DNA of 64,000 nucleotides from Trichoplax adhaerens (Eukaryota; Animalia; Placozoa): positions 6,502,299 to 6,566,298 of the forward strand of contig NW_002060943.1 of NCBI RefSeq assembly GCF_000150275.1, written 5' to 3'. Numbering within the stretch: the first letter of the stretch is position 1; each line of letters opens with the position of its first letter. The notes under the pieces are model-generated. The model ran no database searches and was not told the DNA's origin. It worked only from the letters and a program-made list of their open reading frames with translations. Shown here one piece after another: positions 28,575 through 45,602 of the stretch. Both the position numbers and the translations under genes were made by a program.

Positions 28575-31500
28575 ATGTCTGTTGGCCAGCGTAAAGACAG
28601 CAAAGTACATGTCTATATTAGCAATGTGGATAAGCAAGACGCTACATTGGAGGAATTGCTAGCAATGTGCTTAAATTCATTCGGTATGTAAGCATGATGG
28701 ATATTTGTTATAGTCGTAGTAAACTTTAATAACCGATCGACAGGTTGATTACTTGAACTGACGTATACAGAATATTTCTATCTCCCTGGAGAATGAAAAC
28801 CACCCTTAGATAAATACCAAATTTTCATCTTTGATACCTTAATGAGGATATTTAGTAACAGTTAAGGGAGATATTGTGAAGAGCTTACTGACAGATATTT
28901 CTTGGCAATAATCGAATTATTCCGTTGGAAATGTCAATTTATGAGTGTTACAAATCTTCTTTGTAACAAGAAACCGGGTCTTAAACACTATCTTCACTAG
29001 TACTTGTGTCCCCAACTAACTTAGGGACCTATCGTAGTTGAACTAACTCTCAGCTACACATAAAAAACTACTATTGAGTAATAGGTTTAAATACTTTACT
29101 TTATTTTCGTTAACCTTAGTCGCAAAATGTACTAAAGAAAAACGAAAGAATATTCTTAGCAATAATAGTCAAAAAATCCTGCAAATGACTAACTGGAACT
29201 GAGAAGCTAAGCTAGTGCTCCGCTTTTTATAGTCTCGCCGATGGTACACTTGTGAATATTTTTGAAATAGCGGCTTACGCAGTACAGTATACATATCCTA
29301 GTATAGCAATTAAAGCCTCAAGGCTCTGCAAAGCAATTGATCTTATACTTAAATAGCAAATATCTATCACAAGCGTCTATTGCTTGTAAAATCAGTTTAG
29401 TGTAGCATAGTCATGTATTATAGTCCATCTGTAGATTCTTCAACAAGAAAACTCAAATCAATTGATCAAGAGGTTTACAAAAAGTGAAATAGTTTAAATT
29501 ATTCGGGTGTTGTTCATTTCTTCTTTGTCCTAGATGTGGGTATGATTAATCTAAACGGCTGTATGGAATAATGGATATAATGTTATAGTTCATTTGGAGG
29601 TTGTTGAAGAAGGTAACTAAAATCGATTGATCGAGAGGTATACAAATGGGTAAAGTGGAAGGATTTATATTATTTTAACGGTATTCGTTTCTTCTTTCTC
29701 CTTGATATGGGCATGATTAATTTCAAAGGGGCGCATAATAACAGATTTCTAGAATAATATAGTCCATCTGTAGGCTGTTAAAGAAGGTAAGTAGAATTGA
29801 TCGATCGAGAGCTATGCAAAAAGTTGAAGTAGAAGAGTTTGGATTATTTGGACGATATTCATTTCTTCATTTTCTTATTAGTAGTTGGTACTACTCATAG
29901 GAAAACAAGTTAACTATACGAAATAGTAGTGACTCTACTTTAGGTCAGATCAATCTGTAATATCGATTTATTACTTAGAATTCGTAAATTCCTACTTTCA
30001 ATAACCATCTTATAATCTCTATTGGTTAAATAGACCAAGAAAGAGTTTCTAATTTAGACAACATCAGTTTTGGATGATAATTACTATGTACGAGTATATA
30101 ATAGAAAAAGTAATATCGTATTTATTTCTAAATCGAGGCAGTATTTACTACATATTCGATAGAAACTTAACAGGAGAGAATACCCAGAACTAGCTACTAT
30201 TTTTCACATTAATAAAGCTAGCTTTGTGTAGAAAGACGTTATCGTCAAGGTTTACCCTGAAATCTAATTTCCGATATTCCATTTCAATACAAATAGGACG
30301 CCATGATTCAATTATATTTCATACGTATGTTTATTTATGTAGCCACATTCATCTCCATCGATGTGTCTTGATGGAAATGATGATGGATAATTAACAGTTC
30401 ACTGTTAGCATTGAAACTTAACCTTATAAACGACAAAAATTCATCTTATTTTTAAGCTAGATTAATCAATTGCCTGTTATATTAGTATTATCGTCATAGC
30501 TAGCAAGCACTCGATGACGGCTACATCCTACATGATCGATAATTGTACGTTTTATGATTTTAAGGCGTTGAATAAGATGAAGATATTAATTGTTTCAAAG
30601 TTGCTGTTTTATTTTCTTTTTGGTCACCTAGTGATAAGATTACCTATAGATCATAACCACCTACTGTAGTACAACAATTAAAATATTGTAGAATAGATCT
30701 CATCAACCAATATAACCCTATGAACCCTAAACGTAATTTGCGTCTAATAATATGACTTCCTCTTCGTTATGTCATGCCTATTCTATGCAAATTGGCTATT
30801 GATCAATCCTTTCACTTTTTCCATTTTATAATTTTTCTCTGAATGGATATAAAAAGGTAAATAGACAAAAATAAAGGCTAATGCAAACATTATGTTCTTT
30901 AAATTTTTAATTTTCAACCTTTATTTTGACATTAACTTGTCGCTATTAATTGCTGCCAGTAATGATAGATACCAACGGAAAGATATTAGTACAGTAGCAT
31001 CATAACACGAAATATATTATGTCAAATGAACATAAATTCTTTTGTCCATTAATATATTTTTCTAACTTAAATACCAATGATGCCAAAATAGCTTGTCTCA
31101 TGATATTAGGTTCGAGATTGATGAGTGCGTTTTAATAGTCCATTCTTTCACTTTGGAACTTTCAGAGCAAAATCATTGAATACAAAGCAGAATTTGGGCT
31201 GCTAATAACGTGGTGGGATCACCTATTTTAAGAATAATTAAGCTAAAAGTTGAATTTTTATTGCTGGGCTAATATTTCTCATTACTTATACATTTAAAAC
31301 TTTATTTTTTATTGTTGTACTTGAAGAGGACGTGCTATCTTTTCATATCACATTACCGTTTAACTTGCGCCAGAGGGATAAAACTTTGATCATTTCCGCT
31401 CAGCCAAGTGTTATTATGAACGCATATATAGCCAGTTATCTCTTATTGCACTTACCCATTACCGTATAATTTCTTACACTATTTTCCATTTTGGGAGCTA

Positions 31501-34500
31501 GATAACCGATTATATACTATGTCTGAACCGCTAATTATGACAAAGATTGAAGCTATAACATTTATTACTATTAAATTTAAAATTTTTAAATCACTTCACT
31601 GTTAATTCGAACATGTATCGTAACTCACAAGTTATGAACATTCTATTTCATGATACGGTTTTATCGTGATTCATTATCCATATCCTACCGCTAATTCATC
31701 ATATAGACTAACCTATATTAATCAACTGAATATCTACACTACCTTAGATTATTTCCTTTGTTAGATTGAATATTTACGATAACTCTTGAGCTATGAGTAT
31801 TGTATTCTACTGCCTTGCAATGATTAATCATCCATTTATCGTAACTCAGAAGTTGTGGATAATAGATTTCATTCTTCCACTTTCTAACAGTCAATTATTC
31901 AACATATACCGATAATCATGTTGTCTATAGACTGTAAATAGGGTGAATTCTATTTTATAACACGGCGCTATCCTTAATTCATTATCCATATCCTGCTACT
32001 AATTCACTATGCAGACTAACCTATATTAAAATAAACTAAATTTCTAGACTGCCTTAGATTATTTCTCTTCGTCAGATTGAATATTTATGATCACTCATGA
32101 GCTATGAGTATTGTATTCCACTACCTTGTCACAATTAATCATCTATTCATCGTAGCTCACAAGTTGTAGGTAATACATTCCATTCTACTGCTTTCTAATA
32201 ACCAACTATCCAGCACATATCGATAGTCAAGATATCTAAAGGCTATAGATAAGATGAATTCTATTTCATAAGACGGCTTTGTCTTGATCTATCATTTATA
32301 TCATGCTGCTAATTAATCACGTAGACTAATTTGTAATATAATATAATAAAATGAAATGAATATTTGGACTAGCTTAAATTATTACCTTTTTCTTATTGAT
32401 TAAGCACAATTATTTATGAGCTATGAGTATTGTATTCCACTACCGTACCTTGTAATGATTAATCATCTATTCATGGTAACTCACAAATTATGAGTAATAG
32501 GTTCCATTTAACTTCTTTCTAACAAGCAATTATCTAGCACACATCGGTAATCATGTCTAAAGACTATGAATAAGATGAATTATGTTTTATAACACGGTTT
32601 TGTCTTGATTTTTTATTTACATCAAGCTACTAATTAATCATGTAGACTAATCTTTAACGTCTGTTATACAAAAATGAACTGAATATCTAGACTATCTTAG
32701 ATTAATTTCTTTGCTTAATTGGTTATGCATAATAACTCATGAGCTATAAGTATTTTATTCCACTAACGATTAATCATCTATTCATGACAACTCACAAATT
32801 ATGGGTACTAGATTCCATTCTACTGCTTTCTAACTACCAATTATCCGGCAATTATCGATAAATATAATCATGTTGTCTAAAGTAGTGTAAGTAAGATGGA
32901 CCAGGCAGTTAGACAGCTTTAGATCATTTCCATTGTTTGATTAAATATTTACTGAAACTCATGAACTGAAGATAATCATGTGGACTTATCTACCGTATAT
33001 AAAGTCAACTGAATACATATTAATTCTAACTCTTGAGCCATGAGTACTTGGATTGCTCAGCAATCGGTAGCACTCTGATTTCACTAGCCATCTCAAGTTA
33101 TTAATCACGCAGTTTTCCGAAATAAAGTTGAATAGATAACTACAGCGCGTAATTTCAGTTTCGTAGGCAATAAGCATTAATACTCAGGATTAGAATTAGG
33201 ATTAAAGTTAGGGCTAGGGTTAAGCTGAGCTTCTACACTTTCAAAATACCCGATTGGCCATCCTTGTTTTCCTGCAATTCAATTTGTTTAATATTATAAA
33301 GTCAATTTTTGATAGTAAAAGAGTCTATTAGAACTGCATAAGAAGGTTGCAGTTAGGCCATTTCCATTGATTGCTTGAAGACTTATGAATGACGAAATTG
33401 CTGCTTGAAAATGATTAGTTATATTCCTACTTTACGGAATAGCCATATCGGAAGTTTCATTTGTCAAGTTTGGACGCAATTTAGAAACATCATTCAATCT
33501 ACTTAAGGATATCCTTTCTCTCGATCATATCTGCCTAAGTGATTTTTGTTGTTAGAGGTTTTCTGTTAAGGGGACTCAATGAAGGGTAGACTGGATAGTA
33601 TATTAACAAAAGAGGATACTTTTCATACTTGATACAGTGATACTATATCGTTTAAATTTATCCTAATGATTTCTTACAAATACATTTGAGATTATCAATA
33701 TCAGCTTCAATATAGATATTACATTCTTATTGAAGACAATTCATTTTAATTCTTTTCCGCCTTATTCTACTTTTATAACATTGTTTGGATTTGAACTTCA
33801 AGATGAAAATGGTATTAGGAATGAAAATGACCATTTCTTGCAAGCCTTTTTCGTTTGCCATCCCTGGTTTATTAATTCTCAAGATTTATGCGACAATCTG
33901 TTAGAAATGTAAGTGATAATAACTTGTTAAAATTCATGAAGACTGATAATATATGCTTTACAGTATATACCAACTTATCTCGTATATCTATCGAAACAAA
34001 TAAAACTAAAAAGGAAAAAATCATGTCCTGTAATGGAATGCAAATAGTTTCATGAGGATAAACTAACATAATTCTCATTTCCAACAACTTCGCCCCACTT
34101 CAATTATAACAGATTCCACAGCGATATTTTACCTGACGATATTTCAAGAGCATTTCAAAATATTTCGACTCAAGATTGTCTAGCTACAGACTGGAAAATA
34201 GTGGTGGCACAAGTTTTCAGGTAACTCCATTTAATTTTAAATTGCTTTAATTTCCATTAGCACACTCATATGCTCATTTCTTTTCCTTTAAACAATTTAC
34301 TATTGGATTCAATTGACAATTATAGATATTGGATTGAAAATTTCCCTCACCAATTCCGCCATGACGACATTCTTGAAGCGGCAATTATTAACATCCATAA
34401 CGATTTAATGACGGCTGGCGATAAAATTCTGGCTCAATTATTCGATCCAAGTCCAATGTTAGCGACAAATTGATACTTTATATGTTAAAGTCTTTATAAT

Positions 34501-37500
34501 ATCAGAAAAAATTAAGTTCTCAAAGTTCTGTCATTAGACTAATGAATACTAATCTGAATAAACTATAATGAATATCTTATTTTCTGCTTTTCCTAATCTC
34601 CTAATCACCACAACTCCTCTAGTTCTGCCTATCAATCTATCGCCAGCGGAGCAGTTTATACGACTGATGATTTTTTTCAATGTAATGGTGAAATGGGCAA
34701 TTTTTCATTGGATTTTGCTACCATGACTGCTGAATCCATTGCTAACCATCTAACTTATATCGAATCCACCACTTTCGCTGATGTACAGGTAATTGAAAAG
34801 AATCAACTATCGTCGGTAGTCTTTGGCGATCATGAGATAGCAAATATTAAGTCAACGCACATCAGAAAGGATGGATGTTACTTCCATCAGAATATCATTA
34901 CCTAGTGATTCTATGATAGATTATACTCATCTTCTTGTTGTCTATAGATTCAAGAGATTCGACAATTTGCCAAAAAAGGAAAGGTGACAGAAACAACTCC
35001 ACAATTAGGTTCATCAATCGGAATCTTTAATGGTGTTGTGGCATGGATACAAGGCATGGTGTTAAGTGGTATTACAGCAGAAGATAGAGCTAAGATCGTG
35101 ACTAAATTCATCGAAGTAGGCAAGGTAAATCTATGGAAGCCAATTAGAAATCTGCTGCCTGATGAATTTTTAAATGTGATACTTTATGGGCTAAATATTT
35201 ATAGTTTTCTGCTGATTTGAGTTGGATTCGTGTATCTAAAATGACTATTATTAGAATTTTGGGGATACTAAAGAATTCGATTCTAAATTCTAAGTAGATA
35301 CCGATGAAACAAATATCAGATTGCTCTTATATAAGAAGCTAAATGTATTTTCCCCTTACTAACGCCTTTTCATCCATTTTTTTATAAACTGCTTGCCTCG
35401 CTACTATGGATAATAGTATCTAAAAGCTATCAATAACTTCGAAACACTAATGGCTGTTGTTACCGGTTTAAGTCATACATCTTTAGCAAGACTCAATCAA
35501 ACGTTTGCATTACTTTCCAATGAATCTAAAATGGTAAAATATTATTTCATGAAATGTTTTACCTCTATTTCAGAATGTTTATGTTTTAAGTATAAATGGA
35601 AAAATATTATTTCTATTTCTTACCCAATGTAGGCTCTTGCAGGAATGATTGATTTGCTAACCGTTACCGATAACGCTAGTCGATATCGTAAAGCTGTAGC
35701 TGAATGCAATTGCTACAAGATGCCAATGTTGTAAGTACTCATGTACTACCTTTTTTAATTTGGAGTTAGATAGATATCCCGATCTTTCATCATTACTATA
35801 TTATGGAGTGCTCAATTTTATAAGTTGCAATGCAGTTCTATTCATTGATTTTATACCGATGTAATATGCATATTTTGTGGAATCAATGTTATAGTAGTGC
35901 TAATTTAGATAATTTATATCTCTTCTTGATTTCTATCAATAATGCCTCGTCTATACTTTTATAACTCAATTCATCCTTAATCCAACATCATCCACTAGAG
36001 GTAATCATCATACATATATAGCGATGATTAGATTGTTAAGTTCATTTTCGATTTAAAAATAGCCAATAGCTAACATAAATCCTCTCTTTTAAAATGTAAT
36101 TTTTCTAGCAATCCACTTGAAAGATTTAGTCTCATTAGATGCTGTTATGCCTGACTATACTCGCGATCAAAAGATTAATTATCAAAAGCTCTTACAATTA
36201 TCATGTATTTTGTCTGAATTAACGAATGGGCAAAAATATTTTCCTGATATCAAAGTCAATGCTGAAACAATTGATATGATGAAGGTATGAAGAAATACGT
36301 AATTTAATTTGATATCAATATTAAGCATAAAATGTTGAGCTACAGGTAATTCATAGGAGTTTGAAAGAATATGTGAATTCAATAAAAGTATTTACCGTAA
36401 ATTCAATAGAAATGTTCGAAGTTAAATACTTTCTCATGAAAGTTTACAGGATATATGAATTTAACAAAAATATTCAACGTAAACACTAAACAGTTGTATT
36501 AATACGGTATTCCTAATCAGGGTAAAGCTAATATGTGGTCATCCTGTCTCTATCTTGTCCTTTTCTCATTTAGTTATCGCTGGAACCTCGATTTTCTGAA
36601 AATGAAATTTATGAATTATCATTAGCCAGAGAACCTCGAGCTCCAAAAGCAGCCGGATCTATAGTAAGTCCACTTATTAACAGGAATAAAATGGGCACAA
36701 TTTATAATTTATTTTATAAATCAGAGCAAAGTTGATTCATATTTATCATAGAAGTTAGCCATATTTTGACCGAATTTGTTTAATTTGTATACGCTATCCT
36801 CTTACACTTTAAAAACGTTATTCCAGAAAAAAACCAATGAGAATGTTTTTGGAGCATGGGCTTCCACTATTACAAGTAATATTAGCCCAGATATTGTCAA
36901 AAAGCACATCCAAGCTATGGTTAAGGTACGTATTGTACATGTTATCCATACTAATATAAATCAGATAATAAGTTAAAACTAGGAATACCCGCAATTTTAA
37001 TTAGACAGTGAAACAGAGTAGATTACAACTTATCATAGACATTTAATAAAAGTATTTACACCAAAATATTTCCTTAAGGCTGTTTTCAAGTGTTATGATC
37101 GTAATAAAGATGGAGTGCTCTCTATGGAAGAATTTGCTGCTATTGCTAGTAATTTTCCATTTCTTGATGCGTTTGGGGTCATTGATACTGATGAGTAAGT
37201 CTTTTTTTAATTTCTCAGCTGCTACGCTAACTGATGATTTATCAAAAGAGAGAAATAAAGTCAAGTAAACTTAACTAAATCTTGCAATTATATCCTGCAA
37301 CTGTAATAGCGATGGCCATATTACTAAAGAAGAATTATTGACCTACTTCGAACGGGCAAATTTTCAAGCTTTACGTCAAGGATTTGTCCATGAATTTCAA
37401 GAAACAACCTATTTATCTCTAACTACTTGTTATCATTGTGCACGCCTTGTAAGTTACAACCTAACGATAAACAAAATATAAAAAACTATCGCAAATAATT

Positions 37501-38494
37501 GACTGATGAACTATTTTGATTGCTTGCTTAAGCTTTGGGGCGTTATTAAACAAGGATACAAGTGCAAAGGTTTGTAAAGTAAAACGATTATGCTTCTACC
37601 AGAAACAACACAGAACTGACTTGATGATAGCATTACTAATGACTAATTGATCTATCTAGGCTGTGGAATAAATTGCCATAAACAGTGCAAAGATCTAGTG
37701 GTAGCAGAATGTCGGCCACGAAATAATCGGGATAACAGTAAGTTCAAGGCCAATTTCTAGAGCCTCCTGCAATATTTGGCATTTTCCATTTTATTTCTGG
37801 CTTTTTCATTGATAATAACAGCAAAAGAAATAGATGACTGTATCTTAACTTAATGCTATTTTCGAAATATTTAGATGATCAGATGCCTACCAGAACACAT
37901 TCTCTGATTAAGAAAAAAGTGAAAAAAGATCAAAAGCGCCATACTATGGCCGCTTTACCCGGTGTTCGCGATTGCGAACAATTTCGAAAAAGTGCCAGTA
38001 TGACTATTCAAAATCCCGACGATGATGAGAGGCACCGATCAAGAACGATGCCGGGTAGATTCATTAATGATCTTGTACAGAGAAAAAACAGCAGCGAAAA
38101 GCTATTACCAGCTCAAGAGAAATTTGGTAGTAATACATCAATTAGTAGTCGTAATGGTCGCGCATCTATTGCTGTAACGGAAGAGGTGCAAAAATATCTA
38201 CGTATCAGATTTCAAGATAAATTCGACAAGATTCTACGCCAACGCTAGTTTAACATCGATCAAATTTTTGCTTTGTTTTTTGCTTTTCTCTTCAATTTTT
38301 TTATATTTTTATACATAATTCAGATGTATAACCAATTATGGGAAGAGAAAACACAGTTAGAGGAGGAATGCCTAGAGGCCAAAGCTACAATAAAAGCGTT
38401 ACATGAACAACTTGACAATGTTCGTCGGATTACTTGTATGTATCTGTTAGAACAAATGAATCAAATCAACTTGCAAAGGGATTCGTCTATTTGA
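28575..38494 (+). CDS. RASGRP: Ras guanyl-releasing protein (RasGRP/CalDAG-GEF family), ~17 coding exons
   Basis: First coding exon 28575-28683 (MSVGQ...ATLEELLAMCLNSF) splices in phase 1 to 33803 (DENG...FLQAFFVCHPWFINSQDL). Downstream exons give RYWIENFP (REM), FNGVVAWIQGMVLS/DRAKIVTKFIEV, NNFETLMAVVTGLSHTSLARL and HLKDLV (CDC25 RasGEF), SLEPRFSENEIYELSLAREPR, EF-hands DRNKDGVLSMEE and DTDDDGHITKEE, C1 [39 protein letters not shown], and a C-terminal coiled coil ending QRDSSI* at 38494. The introns checked are GT-AG. Confidence 0.93.
29410..29870. repeat. Degenerate tandem repeat (~170 bp, ~3 units) in RasGRP intron
   Basis: atagt.cat.tg.ag at ~29420, 29585, 29759; gaaggtaa, gatcgaga and tc.tttcttc repeated. 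Confidence 0.7.
31615..33050. repeat. Tandem repeat, four ~310-325 bp units plus a partial copy, in RasGRP intron
   Basis: gagctat.agtatt.tattc at ~31788, 32099, 32418, 32741 (partial at 33034); ttaatcatc.att.at and tagactaa occur in each unit. Confidence 0.9.
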
Positions 38495-39266
38495 TGTGTT
38501 TATTGTAAGACGATCATTTACTGTTAGATGAAATTTTTTCTACATGTAGCTTTTTCTATATCAAAAATTTAAACAAATTTGATAGTCGATTTTCAACTTT
38601 GCTTGTTATTCATTTTCTTACACAAGTATAGTATTTTTGAATTAACTGCCTACTACAATTAATTGATGCAACAAAGTAAGTTAAAGGTTATTGTAATAGT
38701 ATTATCATCTGAAGATAATTGGATCATACTGTAGTGTACTTGACTATCGTTCGTCTTTTAGGAAATACTATCAGCTAATCAATTTTTAGATTTATTTTGT
38801 TATGATACAAAATCAATCTAATGTGTTTACGATTATTGATAGAAATATGGCTACTAGCTCATGATGATCTAATTTTGAAAATTTAAATCAATAAGTGCTA
38901 TATTGCATGTTCTATAACATAATAACTAACTAACCCTCTAGTGCGCATAACGGCTCTTTAACCTATGAATAATTTTTTAACATATTTTATTGCAATTTGG
39001 GTTTAAACGCGTTATAGCTTCACATCAATAACTTATTAATACAATAAAAGTTTCGATGAAGTTTTCGCAAAAGTTTAACCAACTAACAATTTTTTAACCA
39101 CAATTCTTATTCTTCAACGTTAGCTAACAACCAATAAAAGTAATTAAGAAATGAAAGAATGTAGATATATCAGTTTACAAATAATTAAAAATTGGACGAC
39201 CATCCATTCGTCTTTACATAGAGTTTATTAGAGTCTGATTCTCTATTGCTCGCAAAGGGTGTCAAA

Positions 39267-43755
<4,489 letters not shown>

Positions 43756-43860
43756 AGCTACGCTCGGTGATTCTGTTTCTCCACTGCAATGAAAGAGTCC
43801 TAGGCTACCAAGGTGGCCAACGATCGTTTCGATGGACAATGACCAAGCAATCTAATGAGT

Positions 43861-44102
43861 ATCAATCTACAGCACAGAACGGATTCACCGGAATGTCGCA
43901 GTGTCCGAGCGTCGGTGTCAAGCCAGTGATTTGAACCGTTTGAGTGTTTGACCATAGTTAGGGAGTTCTACAGTACTGTACTGTAGAGCTCCCTAACTGT
44001 GGTCAAACGACTCTAATCACTGGCTTGACACCGACGCTCGGATACTGCGACGTTCAGGTGATTCCGTTCAGTGCTGTACAGTGTACTGTACTGTAGATTG
44101 AT
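43861..44102. repeat. Long foldback/palindrome with ~115-125 bp arms and essentially no spacer, centre at 43977
   Basis: Left arm ..cgagcgtcggtgtcaagccagtgatt..tttgacca.agttagggag.tctacagtac is the reverse complement of the right arm gtactgtaga.ctccctaact.tggtcaaac..aatcactggcttgacaccgacgctcgg. Confidence 0.95.
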
Positions 44103-45520
44103 TTCTTAGTACACTACAGTACTGTACATTGTACTGTAGATTGCTTGACGGAATTTTACTCTCATCAGTCTCATGTACTGTACTGTAATACACAGTGAAT
44201 TTAAGACATGTACAGTACTGTACTGTAGAACTCCCTACCTATGGTCAAACGACTCAAATCACTGGCTTGACACCGACGCTCGGACACTGTGACATTCCGG
44301 TGAATCCGTACAGTGCTGTAGACCTGAGAAAGGTTCGGTTCAATACCTTTATGATCTACTGTACAGTACATCTACACTGTATGAGTGAAGTACCGTACTG
44401 TACTGTACTGTACAGTACAGATTGCTTGACAGAATTTTACTCTCGTGTACTGTACTGTACACTGTACACTGTACGGTACAGTGCAGAACAGTGCGCAGGT
44501 GTCTGTACGCCAGTACTGTACTGTACTGTACGTCAGCACTCGGCCACTTGTCACTGATAATGTACTGTACACAGTACTGTAGTACTGTGCAGAAGGTCAG
44601 GGACTTGGAAGACAAATACTGTACAGTACGTAAATTTTGTGCACGAATTCTCGTAATTTAACTCTTCCTCTATCGATTGACTCGTATTTTATTAAAAATC
44701 GACAGAAATTTCATTGTTTTATTTTCAAAGTTTATCGGGAAAATGGACTGGGATAAACTGTACAGTGTACACTCACTCACTCGCATTCACTACAGTGATA
44801 TAGTGCAATAGAATGAGAAAATCAAGAACGTCAAAATGCCGTATAAGAGTCGTATATCCATGTTGATCCTGCTGTTTTTCCTCCATTTTTATACAACTGC
44901 AGTACAAGTGGATTTTAACTAGGGTTCAACTGCAGTGCTAATTTCAATGATAAAGTAGGATAAGAGGAAAGAATTTCACTGTCATAATCCTCACAGTACG
45001 TCAGTACGTCAGGCTGTCGTCAGCACTCGGTCATGGCGGCACTGGTACTAATAAGTGTACAGTATACTGTACAGTACTGTAGTGTGCTAATCAACATTAA
45101 TCAAATATAGCCATTTTACTGTATATCCAATCCTACAGTAAATCATACTATCTGTTATTCGGGCAAATCTGTCAGTCGGACGCATCGGATGCCCTCAGTG
45201 TAAGGCGGACTAATTAATTTCCTCTAGTGTCAATGTGAAAGTGCTGATACAAAATGAAGATCTCTTCGGCGGTGTACTAGTACTACACGTACAGTACCGT
45301 CCATTTAGTCATGGACAACTCAATTAGATTAAGTAGTTCATCATTTCAGTGTACAACTACACTGTACTGTACACTTCCTTCCTCGACAATTAAGCACATA
45401 AGAGAAACGTCGTGGAGGTAAAAAGAAAAAAAAAAAGCCATATTAAAACGAAGCCTTTTCTTTTACAGTACAATAGTACAGTATACAGTACTGTACAGCA
45501 TATACTGTACACTGTACTAG
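43965..45520. repeat. TACAG/CTGTA (TACTG)n low-complexity field in the PSMC6-AP2S1 divergent interval
   Basis: Dozens of tactgtac, tacagtac and cagtactg units, densest at 44070-44630 and again at 45055-45085, 45350-45375 and 45465-45520. These explain the spurious YCTV/TVQY ORFs. Confidence 0.9.
44220..44322. repeat. Third copy of the foldback arm (direct repeat of the right arm)
   Basis: gtactgtagaactccctacctatggtcaaacgactcaaatcactggcttgacaccgacgctcggacactgtgacattccggtgaatccgt. Confidence 0.92.
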
Positions 45521-45602
45521 AAGTGCGATTTACATCTGCGCAGTAGACAAACTGCAATCGTGTAATCGGGCGTTCAAGGCAAGAAAGGCAGAGCAAGGCA
45601 GC

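Larger units (their letters stand above)
43756..45602. promoter_or_regulatory. Head-to-head (putative bidirectional) promoter interval of PSMC6 and AP2S1
   Basis: Start codons of the two genes diverge about 1.85 kb apart. Promoter function is inferred from position only. Confidence 0.6.

Noticed and set aside
33186-33225. Telomere-like TTAGGG variants
   Set aside because: Only about 6 degenerate units in an intron; too short to call
43965-44630. CRISPR-like repeat/spacer appearance
   Set aside because: Eukaryotic context, irregular spacing, no constant repeat unit and no cas genes
44195-44661. Four overlapping ORFs rich in YCTV/TVQY
   Set aside because: Translation artefacts of the TACTG pentamer repeat, which rarely produces stop codons
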